Of a stretch of 64,000 nt of DNA, positions 39,700-51,900 are shown piece by piece. The stretch comes from Chiloscyllium plagiosum (Eukaryota). Numbering within the stretch: position 1 is the stretch's first letter; each line of letters opens with the position of its first letter. Under the pieces are notes generated by a model. The model had not been told where the DNA came from. It worked only from the letters and a program-made list of their open reading frames with translations, and did not search any database. The translations under genes and the position numbers were made by a program. The stretch lies in the NCBI RefSeq assembly GCF_004010195.1, contig NC_057758.1:1734490-1798489 (forward strand). Direction: 5' to 3'.

Positions 39700-41780
39700 C
39701 TATCGTTCAATTAAAGCTTCTCCAATTAAATTTTCATATTTTTGTTTGACTGCAGTGTGGTTGATTATAGTTCCTCTCAAACTGTGTGAATTGTTTGAAG
39801 CTGCAGTTGGAAACACTGTGGAGCACACAGGAGGCAGAGAATGTGATAGCTAGGTCATACTTCATTGAGGCAGATATACCACATGTACTTTCCTGGTAAC
39901 TTGGTGGTCGTCAGGAGAGGTAGGCAGGTAAAGCTGGAGGCTCCTGTTACTGTTCCTCCTCTCAAACAAGTATACCATTTTGGATAATGTAGGGGCTTGC
40001 GAGGGAAGAGGGGAGTAGTTGGCAGTGGTCGTGGTGATAACCTCTCGGGAAATACAGCAGCAACAGAAAGGTCTTTGGCAACAGGACTGGCTATGCTGTG
40101 AAACATGATATGCCTAAATCTCAGGAAACAGTAACGAAAATGGAATCTCAGTCAAGAGCACAGACAAGTGATTCTGCGTTCGTCAGTGTCACTTCCGGAT
40201 GGTATGTTCCCCCCTTGCTGCTGGGACCAAGACTGAATCGAATTCGTTGCAGTATACCATCATTGATCAGATTGAGCCGCTGGAATCGCTGTATACATTA
40301 GCACCAATGGCATAAACAGCAAAAGGTTGAGGTCCTGGAGAGTTAGCATTTAGCTTTAAAAAAAGATCTCCAGCTTAATAGTCTCTGTTTTTCTGCCACT
40401 ACCAAGTGCTAGTGAAGGTCAAAATAGAAGGATTGGAGAGATAAATGCAAGTCTGAAGAGCCGGTGAAGGGGCAGGGATTCAGATTTTGGTTTGTTTTGT
40501 TTTATTGGCGTCTATTCTTGCGCAGGTCACCTGTAAAAAAGGGATGGGTTGCTTCTGAAGCAGAAGGGAGCCAATATCCTGGCTGGGAGATTTTCTTGAG
40601 CTTCTCAGTTGTTTGCAAATGAGGTTAATTGTGACAGGGTCGGTGGGGGGATGGGGGTTTGCATGGGGTGGGTAAAGGGCGGTGGTATACCCCAAACTGT
40701 TGGGAGAAAAGAAAGAAGATTGCGGCTGATGCAGAAGTTAAGCAAAACATGTAAACAGGGAAAGCATTTAAATAGACAAGACAAGTAATAGCGAGACAGG
40801 GAACGGCAGTGATGAACTATAATACATTCATTTCAATGCAGGAGGCTTGACAGTTAAGGCAGCTGATCAGGGCATGGATGGGAACAGAGGACTGGGATAT
40901 CATTGCTTGTACAGAAACATGGAACTGAGGGCAAGAGAGAACTAGAAGCTCAACGTCCAACGCTATAAATGCCATAGGAAAGAGAGAAGTGGTGCGGGGG
41001 CGCAAGAAAGGAGGGGAAGTGGCATCTTTCATTTGGGAAAACCTCGCAGAAATATTTGAGAGGAGATTACTACTGGATCATCCAATGAAGCGACATGGAT
41101 GAAACTGCGAAATGAAAATGGAATGATCACCTTGATGTTATTGTACTGTCGGTCATCCAGTAGTCCCCACAAAACTGAGGAACAGATATGTTCGGTGACC
41201 CATAGCTGTCAGAAAGAAGTGTTGCAACAGTGCAGGAGTTTAAAGGGGATTGCCATAATTCTAAGAGTTTGGATGAAGAGGGATTTATCAAGCGTATACA
41301 AGAAAACTTTTCTCAAACAAAATGCAGATGTCCCTCTTGGAGAATTGGCAAAAGTGGTCGTCGTCTTAGGAAATAAGACAGGAAATAAATTGAGGTATCA
41401 ACGGAGAGCATTTTGTGAACAGTGACAATAATTCTATATATTTAACGTGGTTATGGGAAGTGATAGATTTTGTTCACAAGTTAACAACCTAAATTGGCAC
41501 AAGGCCAATTTTGATAACTGCAGGAAAGAATTAAAAAGATCTTTGGGTTAACGTTTTGACATAATGCATAGTGCGAACAGGGAATAATCTGCCAGAACAA
41601 AGGATCATTGCACATATAATTGCAACATGTCCAAGACATTTGATCAAGTGCATGGATAAGGAAACTTTAGAGAAATATGTGACATATGGAGGCAAATGGA
41701 AACAGTTTAGTTTAGGAAACCTGGTTGGCATGAACTTGTTGGAGTGAATGGTTTGTTTCTGGGCTTTTCGATTCTATAAC
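39700..41780 (+). mobile_element. Degenerate CR1 (ORF1, endonuclease, short 3' end; RT deleted)
   Basis: Esterase remnants, atttcaatgcaggagg (FNAR-like), ACTETW and GGEVA; joined directly to a CR1 3' UTR. Confidence 0.8.
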
Positions 41781-44064
41781 GATAATTTCAGAGAGTAACT
41801 TTTCCACTTCACATCATTTTCATGTCTTTGCTAATTGTGGTTTTATATATTTCACGCAGCATCTATCTGCTCTATGTATTTACTTTGTTTTCTGTTTCGT
41901 TTCTTGCCCTAACACCTTTGTCTTTGACCTTAGAAGACTCACTCTTTTATCTATCAATCTCTCCGTCTACCGCCGGTGACAGACCTTCTAATGGCCTTAC
42001 CCCACCTTGCTCAAATCCTGCCTCATCTCTACATTTGTCCCTGTTTTGCTGAATTACGTTTTTATTTTAAATCTTTCTGGATCATGAACTGAAAATACCA
42101 ATGGCAACCGCTTTAGAAAACGTACAAGGTAAATCTGAGCCAGATAACTGTGTCTACTTCTTCTCCTTATTAGTAAAATCCTATCTCGAAAAAAATGCAC
42201 TTGCGAAGTCTTGAAAAGATCTTGTGAACGCGACAACACACCATTTGTATTCCTGGAGGTGGCTAGATTATCCAACAGTAGCTAGGTGCTCAGGAAACTA
42301 AGGAAAAATTTTGCTGTACACGATCCCTGTTTAATACACCTTCTTTCTTTACCTGCAACACATTTTCGTGTTGGAATCGTCCCAGTTGGTCAGCTGTTTC
42401 AATAGTGTCTCACTGAATGTTCCATATCAGAAATCTCTCAGGAGACAACACCGAACAGTGACCATATGAATAGATCAATACAAATTCACACTTCCCTTCA
42501 TCTAAGCAGGTTATTGATAATTTTCACTATACTCACTGGGAACTGGATCATTGTATTCATCATAATATCTGTTGCTACTGATGATACTTTGTTATATGAT
42601 CTCATCCACATCTGCAAAATCACTTTTACACTAATGCATTGACATTTAAAGTGCACCAGAAGTCTGCAAATGTAAGTATAAAATATTGCCATTCAGCTTT
42701 TAGTTTGGGTTGGAGGACAACTGAATAAGTACACAGACTAAATTGCCTTTTAATTGACAGCTCCCATGCACAGCGAGATCCCAGTCTCCCTCAGTGAGGC
42801 AGATCCATTATCTACCCCAACGCTCATCCCTACAGTTTGGAGAGAATGGGAGAAAACTTCTGGAAACAGGTAGTTCCAATCCTATCCTAGTCGGCGGGGA
42901 TACAGCAAAGATATTCAGGAGAAATGAAGTAAGAGAGAGAGACCAGGGATAAAGAACGATAGGTAGAAAATGAGAAAGAAAGGGAAAGTGAGAATCCAGA
43001 GGGAGAAAGAACTATATATAAGTCGCAAGAAAATGTCTAGGGAGAGGAACAGCCCCTCAGTCTGTGTACTGAGCATCATTTCATACATTTCGTACATGTT
43101 ATGCACATCCCATAATGTACTGCTCCCTGCCACACTCTCTGTGCCTCATGCCATGTCTCCTCCTTTTCTCAAAGTCCACATCCCATTCCTTTCACTCTCT
43201 CACATGCAACGCAACCTCCAATGTCTCAGCCTCTCTCATATCATTCTTGTAACTTTATGTCAAGCCATTACTTCCAATGAATATCCACATGGCCCCTCTC
43301 TAAGGGTTGTCCCCTGTACAGCAGCATTTCTCCTACTCAACAGCAACGTTATAGTTCCTCTATTATCCACCCATTGTAATGAAAATCCACTCTATATCCT
43401 CAATCGTGGACATCCCTATCCGTGCAAAATCCGTGAGTGCACTGGATTTTCCTGATCTCTCATTTACATCGCAGGAACGTAGAGATACAGATCCTAAGGA
43501 GCGAAACATCATATTTATAAGTATAACTCCAAAAGCAGATGAGTGAGTCAATATGCTGATTCAAGTAACTCCTCTCCAAATTCCCTAAAATCTGTCCGTA
43601 ATCTACTAGGCAACAATCAGACGTTGATGGAATATTCTGCTCACGAGGAGGGGGTAACTCTAACAAGATTGATGACACCATTCAGGACAAAGCAATCTAC
43701 CTGACTGGCACCATGCCTATAAATATCCATTGCCTAGATATCTCGAGGATCTCCCATAATCTCATGATGACTGAGAGATATGTTTATCAACTGCTTTATT
43801 GCATCTTACAATATTTCTGATAGTTTTATTCCTTTGCAGAAAATTGTCAGCAGAACCACACTATTTGCCAATAACTTAAATAGTTACTTTTCATTAAGAA
43901 CATTAGCATGGTAGACTAGGAAGGATATTACTTCCTAACATTTTTTCTCGTGTCTTCAACATCGACCTTAATAAAAAGTTACTGTGTCAGCTGGCAAATT
44001 GAGAACAGCCCTTTTGACACTTCAACCTGACATACCATGTATAGGCCTTCCAAAATGGTATCAT

Positions 44065-46570
44065 AGATTCAAAAAGATCTAAAGGACTGAAACAGATCCT
44101 TCGGTCAAACTGGTTCATGCCGACAGGTATCATCAACTATTTTAGTTCCATATGCCACCGTTTGCCCCACATTCATCTAAATCCTTCCTATTCATATAAC
44201 CATATAGATTACTTTTAAATTATGTAATTGGACCAGCCTCGACCACCTCCTCTGTCCCCTTTTTCCAAAGGAGAAATTGAGGAGTGCACATGCTGGACGT
44301 CAGAGTCGAAGACTGTGGTCTTGCAAAAGCACTGCCTCTCGGGCAGGATCGGAGGAGCAGGAGAATCGATGTTTCAGACATAAGTCCTTCATCAGCCCAT
44401 ACACACCCCACCCGCTGCGTGAAAAAGTTGCCCGTTAGGTCTCTTTTATATCTTCACAATCTGACGCTAAACCAATTCCTTCTATTTATGTACTACTACA
44501 CTCCAGGGAAAAGACCTTGTCTATTTATCATATCTATGCCTGTCATAATTTTATAAACGTCTATAAGTACACCTCTCAGGCCTCGACGCTCCAGGGAAAA
44601 ACGCCTGAGCGTATTGAACCCCTCCAGAGATCATAAATCCTCCAACCCTGGCATCTTCCTTGCAAATCCTTTCTGAACCCATTCAAATTTCACAACATCC
44701 TTCTGAAGGATGGAGACCAGAACTGCACTGAATATTCCAAATGTGGTACAATCCTTATCCCGTACAATTGTAATATGACCTCCGACCTACTACACTCAAT
44801 GCTCTGACTGATAAAAGAAATCATAATAAATGCCTTTCTCATTACCCAATCCAGCTCTGCCTTTACATTCAAGGAACTTTGAAACTGCATTCCAAGTTCT
44901 CACTCGACAGCTAAGCTCCACATGACCTTATCATTAAGTGCATAAGTGCTGCTCTGATTTGCTGTTCCAAAACGTAGCACGTCACATTTACGTAAGTGGG
45001 CGGCACGGCGGCACAGTGGCACAGTGGTTAGCACTGCTGCCTCACAGCGCCAGAGTTCAATTCCCGCCTCAGGCGACTGTCTGTGTGGAGTCTGCACATT
45101 CTCCCCGTGTCTGCGTGGGTTTCCTCCGGGTGCTCCGGTTTCCTCCCACAGTCCAAAGATGTGCAGGTCAGGTGAATTGGCCATGCTAAATTGCCCGTAG
45201 TGTTAGGTAAGGGGTAAATGTAGGGGTATGAGTGGGTTGCACTTCGGCGGGTCGGTGTGGACTTGTTGGGCCGAAGGGCCTGTTTCCACACTGTAAGTAA
45301 TCTAATCTAATCTAATCTAATCTAATCTAAAATCTCTCTGACACTCCTCAGCCCATTTACCCATCTGATCAAGATCCCATTGTACTCCGAGGTAACCCTC
45401 TTTGCTAGCACTACTACCTCCAATTTTGATGTAATCTTTAGACTTGCAATCTATACCTCCTATGTTCACATCCAAACCATTTATGGAAATGACGAAAAGT
45501 AATGGACCCAACACTGATCCTTGTGGTATACCACTTGTCATCGGACTCCAGTCTGAAAAGCAACCCTCCTCCACCACCATCTGTCTTCTAACTTCGATCC
45601 AGTTGTGTTTCCAAATAGCTACTTCTCTCTGAATTCCATCAAACCTAATCTTGCTAAACAATGTCCCATGACGAACCATGTGAAACACTTTATTGAAGTC
45701 CATAAAGATCACATCTACCACTCTGTCCTCATCCATCCTCTTTATTTTACTTCTTCAAAAAACTCAATATAGTTTGCGAGACATGATTTCCCACGCACAA
45801 AGTCATGCTGATTCCAAATACATATTAATCCGGTCCCTAGGGATTCCCTCCAACAATTTGCCCATCACTGATGTCAGTCTCACCAGCCAATTGTTTTTTT
45901 TTCCTTAACCAGCTTTATTAAATGGTGGCACAACGTCAGCCAACGACCAGTCTTCTACCACTTCAACTGTAATTATTCATTACACAAAAGCTCTGCGACG
46001 GCCCAACAACCTCTTCCTGAGCTTCCCACAGAATTCTAGTGTACACCTGTTCGCGTCCTGGTATTTATCCACTTCTACGTGTTTCATGACACCTCCTCCT
46101 CTGTAGTATGGACATTTTTCAAGATGGCACACTTTATTTACCCAGATTCTACATATTCCATGTCCTTCTACATTTTAAACACTGATGCAATGCAGTAGTT
46201 TAATATCTCCCCCATCTGCTGCACACATACGCTGCCTTGCCCATCTTTCAGAGGCACTATTTTGTCTTTTGTCACAATTTTGTCCTTCTTGTATTTATAA
46301 AAACCGCTTCGATTCTCCTTAATCCTATTTGGCAAATCTCTGTCATGGCCCCTTTTCGCCCTCCTGATTTCCCTCCTAAGTATATTCCTAATTCCTTTTG
46401 TACACTTCGGAGGACTTAGGCGATATCGCCTGTCTACAGCAGACATGTGCTTCCTTCTTTTTCTTGTCCAAATCCTCAATTTTTCTAGTCATCCAGCACC
46501 GACCAGCCTTCCCTTGCACGCTAAAACGAAGGTTTCTGAACTCTCGTTACCTCAGTTTTGAAGGCTTTCC
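44065..46570 (-). mobile_element. Degenerate CR1 LINE hosting a Penelope terminal fragment (about 44270-44397) and a SINE
   Basis: MDFNKVF..SGIPQGSVLGPLLF and HLEYSVQFWSP; 3' tail near 44065-44110. Confidence 0.9.
44998..45329 (+). mobile_element. HE1-like V-SINE nested in CR1
   Basis: A box, V-domain and a tail of about six TAATC units. Confidence 0.93.
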
Positions 46571-47171
46571 ACAATTAATTATCTTTTCTGAATAAAAAAA
46601 CATTTATTCTTGTTCCACTGATGAATAAAATTCAATCATTTTTTTAACTTTGCCAAGCCTTTAAACGAAAGGTGTTTTGATTCTAGAAACAACTAAGGAA
46701 TAGCCACATCTTCATTCTGTACGTTGTCATATATTTTAGTAATATTTCTCATTATTGATGGAAGAAAATCTTCGAATTGTCGACATAAGCGTTTATGTTT
46801 CAGTTGTCCCCTCAGGAGAATGCGTATGTGTTTAGACCTGCCTGTTTAGAGAAACAGGATTAAAGTACCTAATATGACTTCCTTTGGAGAATCTCATAGA
46901 TCTATTTGGATACTGCATGTCGATCTGTGAACATATGTTGCATATAACACTTTCGGCCATCTTGTTTTAGCTGAAAACGACAGAGTGGCCATTCTTTCAA
47001 CTCTGCGTAGAATTTCACGCAAACAGACGCATAATTGAGACAAATTTTATCACCCAGAATTAAAGATTCATCTATGGTCAAAATAATGTTTGTTAGTTTC
47101 CACTGGCCAGGAAATAAAATTCCAAAAATGATCATTCGATTATAAAATTCTGAAACTGAATACTGCCCTTT

Positions 47172-47448
47172 GGGCGGCACGGTGGCACAGTGGTTAGCAC
47201 TACTGCCTCACAGCGCTAGAGATCCAAGTTCAATTCCAGCCTCAGGCGACTGACTGTGTGGAGTTTGTACATTGGCAGCGTGTGTTTCCTCCCATGGTCT
47301 AAAAATGTGCAGGTTCGGTGAATTGGACATGCTAAATTGCCTGTAGTTTTAGGTGTAGGGGAATGGGTCTCGATTGGTTGTGCTTCGGCACTTCGGTGTG
47401 GACTGGTTGGGATGAAGGGCTTGTTTCCACACTGTAAGTAATCTAATC
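47172..47448 (+). mobile_element. HE1-like V-SINE with internal deletions
   Basis: gggcggcacggtggcacagtgg head and ccacactgtaagtaatctaatc tail. Confidence 0.9.
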
Positions 47449-47949
47449 GAAACAGACCTCTTTCCTCAAACTAACCACAACACAAGCAATACATTATTGC
47501 GAGAAAGAATGAAGTAAGTTACGTCTTTTTCAATTAACTTTAATCAAATGGATTCGAGATTGTGTTACTGGAAAAGCACAGCTGGTCAGGCAGCATCCGA
47601 GGAGCAGGAGAATCGACGTTTCGGCAAAAGCCATTCCCAAATGTAAATGTTTGCCATGCTTTAGGAAACAAACTCTAACTCAAACTTCAATACCGGTTTT
47701 CCTTTTCCATGTCCACGGCTCGTTCCTTCATGTTACGTCCACTTAACCATACATATTCTAAACAGACCCAATCATACATCACACTTCCAAATCCTCACGC
47801 ATTCGGAAAAAAATATGCAAACCAAACTCTGTGTTGCTCAGACTGCGAACTTCACGGAAGAAAAATATAGAAGCAACACAAGGACCTGTACAACGAAAGT
47901 GGAGCGGCCAGTTCTCCCAGCTCAGCGTTTTACTAGTTTGTTTTTGTTT

Positions 47950-48133
47950 TAATAATCTGTCAGTATAGGGTAGGGGAATTCACCTAATCTGCACATCTTT
48001 GGATGTTCAAAGAAACCGGAACAAACCCACGCAGACACAGAAAATGTGAAAATTCCACAAATACACTGAGGTGGGATTCGAACCCGGGTCCCTTCATGGC
48101 AGCGGTGCTGGCCACTGAGGTACCGTGCCACCA
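47950..48133 (-). mobile_element. Diverged V-SINE fragment
   Basis: aaacccacgcagacacag and gggattcgaacccggg (reverse B box). Confidence 0.75.
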
Positions 48134-48139
48134 AACACG

Positions 48140-51100
48140 TGCATCACTACCAAGGGAGGTATATGAGGCGGTGAAGAAAACTATCTTAAGTGCATATGTG
48201 CTTGTATCAGAAGCCTGCAGGAATCTAAGGAAAGGTCCAGGTCAACCCGACACTGATGTTGATCGGGTCAAGCGAAGTAATTTTTGTAGTTGCGTGAGTG
48301 TGTTAAATATAGTGCAAACCACTTAGAGAGGCGGTTATTTTTTAGGCATTCAAGAATTCAATTCCTGAAGAAGTGAGAAATCACGTGGTAGACCAGAGGA
48401 TTACAATGGCAAGTTTAGCATCTGAATGGCTGTTGATTATGCGTTTTTCTATAAATCAAGGTTTAGCTTCTATAATCAATTTTTATCCGTGAAGGATACA
48501 AGTTGGTGAAAATAGAAATCCTCACATGGAAAAAAAAGGTAGATCACAGTGAAGATCCTAAGGACAACATACCACCGAGTAGAAAGGAAACCCGTGGAAT
48601 GCAAAGGGAAGTTGAAAATGTCCGGTGTTTTAACTGCAATAAAGTAGGTCACAAGAAGTCCTTGCACTGGTGGAATAAAACAAAAGCATTGGGAAACCAA
48701 ATCTGGGAAACATGATAAGCCAGTGAATTGTTTTGGAGTACTAATAGATACCAGAGTAGAACTACAAAAATGCATCAGAATGTACAACCTGATCTGATGT
48801 TGTTTCAGAAGAAAGTGCCATTTTTTTCCTAAAACACATACTTGCAAAGGTAAAGTTTATTTGGAGACCAGGATCAGTAGATAAAGAGTTTACAATATTA
48901 AGAGATACAGGATCCTCTCAATCCCTGATTTTGAAAGATGAGGAGATATGTAACTTCGAAGCAATACTGCCAGAACATGCACTAGTAACTGGAAATCACG
49001 ATGTGATGAAAAACGTTCAATTATCATGAATGAGGTTTGAGTGTGCAGGGAAAAGCGGGGAATTCGTGGGAAACGCATTGCAAAAAGCCTCAGCTCCACG
49101 AGTACTATTTTTCCTTGCTAACGATATAGCTGGTTTACAGGTGGGAGTGGTGCCTGCTATTATTGACAAGGCAGTGGAAAATTTGGCAATTGAGTTATTA
49201 AAAGATGCATAACCTGGGATTTATCCAAACTGTGAGGTAACGTGGTCAAAACGTCACTAGTTGAAGCACAAGAGTTGAAACAATATAGAGAAGTAAGTTG
49301 AAGTGATGAAATAGATGATACAAACGAGAAGCAGGTAGTGAAAAGTCAGACATGTTTAGTTCATTTATTGTGTAAGACTCGTACCTAAATCAGTAAGTGT
49401 GATTCTTCATTTGTTAAAGAGAATGGATGTGTCCACTACTTTTCCAGCGTTCATTTCAGACGCAACATAACAGCTAAAAAGATTGTGGAGGATTCACTCA
49501 GATTTTTCACTAGATGCCCACTATCCACAGAGGTGCAATCAGATTAAGGGTCAAACTGTACATCAAAATTATTCAAGGAAGTTATGGACAGAGTAAGAAT
49601 TAAAAAAATCAAACCAATTGCGTATCATCCAGAATGGTAGGGAGCGCGAGAAAGGTGGCATCAGACATTAAAGACCATGTTGATGACTGAGAGTTAAGAC
49701 TATCAACATGATTGCATATGGAAATTGCATTTTCCGCCATTTTGCGATTATAGATGCATCAAACGAATCGACCAAATTCAGTCCAACAAAATTAGGTTTG
49801 GGCATGAAGTGAGAGGACCACTAAAACTCATTAAGGAGAAATTAGTAAGTCAGAATTCAGAGACCACGTATTTTGACTCTTTGTCAGATTTTAAGGAACA
49901 ATTAAATGGAGTATCTGAGTTTGCTAGTTATCATTGAAAGGCATCACAGCAGATAATGAAACGAGAAGCAAACAAAAAATGAAACAAACTCACAAGTTTG
50001 CTATCACAGATAAGCTTTTAGTGTTACTTTTCGTTGCAGGTGAACCTTTAAAGGCAAAGTTTGGTGGACCTTATCAAGTCAAAAGAAAGTTGAGTGAGGT
50101 AATCGAATTGGTAATGAGTCCAGGCAAAAAAAACCTCACAGAATGTGTCTTGTGAATTAACTCAATAGTTATTTTGCTCGTGAAGGAAAGGAAAAGGCGA
50201 TTGCATTTTTTCAAAACATAGAATAAAGAAACAAGTTCAGTGGATTATGAGTTGGAAATTCCTCAGATTAAATTGAACAATAAGGAAGTTGTCAAAAACT
50301 GGGATAAATTATAGAATTCACTTACGGAGGAAAGTTGAAATGATCTGAAGGAATTATTACTTTCGTGTAGGGATATATGTCGAAATAAGCTGGGGACTAC
50401 TAATCTAATTATCCATTTTTCGGATATGGGACATGTTGTTCCCATTAAGCAGCATCCTGAGAGCTTACGTCTCTAAACTTGGCACAGGTTCAAAAGGAGA
50501 CTGAACGCATGCTGCCAGACGATATTATCCAAGTGAGTTGCAGTGAATGGAGTTCTGCCATAGTAGCGTTGACAGTACCCAATTGCAATGTATGGACTAT
50601 CGCACAGTCAATTCAAATACAAAGATTGACACATATGCAATTTCGCATCTGGAAGACTGTGTTGAAAATGTGGAAGTTATATCTGTAAATTGGACTTTCT
50701 CAGAGGATAAAGGAAGATAATTTTGGCCAAACGAATGAAGGCATAACGCCCAATGGACTGTTTCAGTTTAAAGTCACGCTGTTCGGTATGAAAAATGTGC
50801 CAGCTACATTTCAGACACGAATCAATAAGGACATATCCAGATTAACCAGTTGTGTCATTTATATTGAAGACCTGGTCATTGTAAGTCACACGTGGAAGGA
50901 ACATTTGCCTATTTTATCGAATTGTTCGATCGACTTCAGAAGGCGATGATAAATCTTGCCAAAAGTGTATTTGGTAACTACCAAGCAACATTCCTGGGCC
51001 ATATTACTGGACATGGATAAATTGCCCAACGGGATGCAAAAACAAAAGTAATTGCTGCATTTGCCATACTATAGACAAAAAAATTACGAGCAGTACTACG

Positions 51101-51900
51101 AATCCTGAGATTGAATGGATTTTATTGAAAATTCGTATACGTATTTTGGCAGTGTTGCAGCTCCACTTGTTGAAACACTAAGGAAAGACAACAGTTTCAG
51201 TAGACAGTGGAGTGACATAGGACATTTGACAGACTTAAAGATGTGTTAACCATTGCCCTAGCGTTAGGCACACATAATTACGCAAAGTTCAAGGCCGCTA
51301 TCAATGTAAGTGATGTGGGTGTCGGTTCTTGCTCTTAAAGGAAGACTAAGTTATAAAAAAAAGACCTATCTGGTATTTTTCCCAGAAAATTGAAAGAACC
51401 GAAGCAGAAATATTCGAACCCTGAAAAGTAGACATTGAGCTCGGTGTTAACATCATAACATTTCAATGCTTGTGTTAGCAGTGATGTATCTGAGACACTC
51501 ATATACACTGATCATAACCTATTGAAAGTTGTGGCAAAATTAAAAATAAAAAAGTCTGGACACTTTAGTTGGAACGTATTATTACAGCCATTCTATTTGA
51601 AAATTGCGCACGTTCAGGAAGAGAGAATTTGATACCGACACATTGTCGAGACTTAAATAAGAAATGGAGGAGTTTGGTGGCAATAATGAACCTGACTGAA
51701 ACGGAATCTACGACTGCATATTTTCTTGCTGATAGTCAATGTAATGTATCTGAGTCCTGTAGTGAACAAATAATTTGAGATTAAGGGATTTTAAAATGAA
51801 GCCATGTTTTGATATTGTTGGTTCATTTGTGTTAAATGGGAAGGTGTGATGATTCTGCTCCTTGAACAAGGTTGCATTGTAGTTTTTCTTTAAAAGTATT
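48140..51900 (+). mobile_element. Gmr1-type Gypsy LTR retrotransposon remnant, copy 1 (gag-PR-IN-RT-RH, PPT, start of 3' LTR)
   Basis: Gag YEAVKKTILSAY, knuckle CFNCNKVGH (48626), protease ILRDTGSSQSL (48895), integrase VQSD*GSN (49533) and YHPE..GARERWHQTLK (49623), GPY (about 50066), RT FGMKNVPATFQ and YIEDL (50761-50874), RNase H; purine tract then TGT at 51845. Confidence 0.88.

Noticed and set aside
41822..42052. Hydrophobic ORF resembling a signal or TM peptide (also 42915-43133)
   Set aside because: Product of T/C-rich or GA-rich low-complexity sequence; no splice or homology support.
42200..42700. Minus-strand QFPVSIV..GSVNLY* Ig-like fragments and a plus-strand LTGNWIIVFII TM1-like stretch
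   Set aside because: Two incompatible readings on opposite strands, neither extendable; no supportable call.
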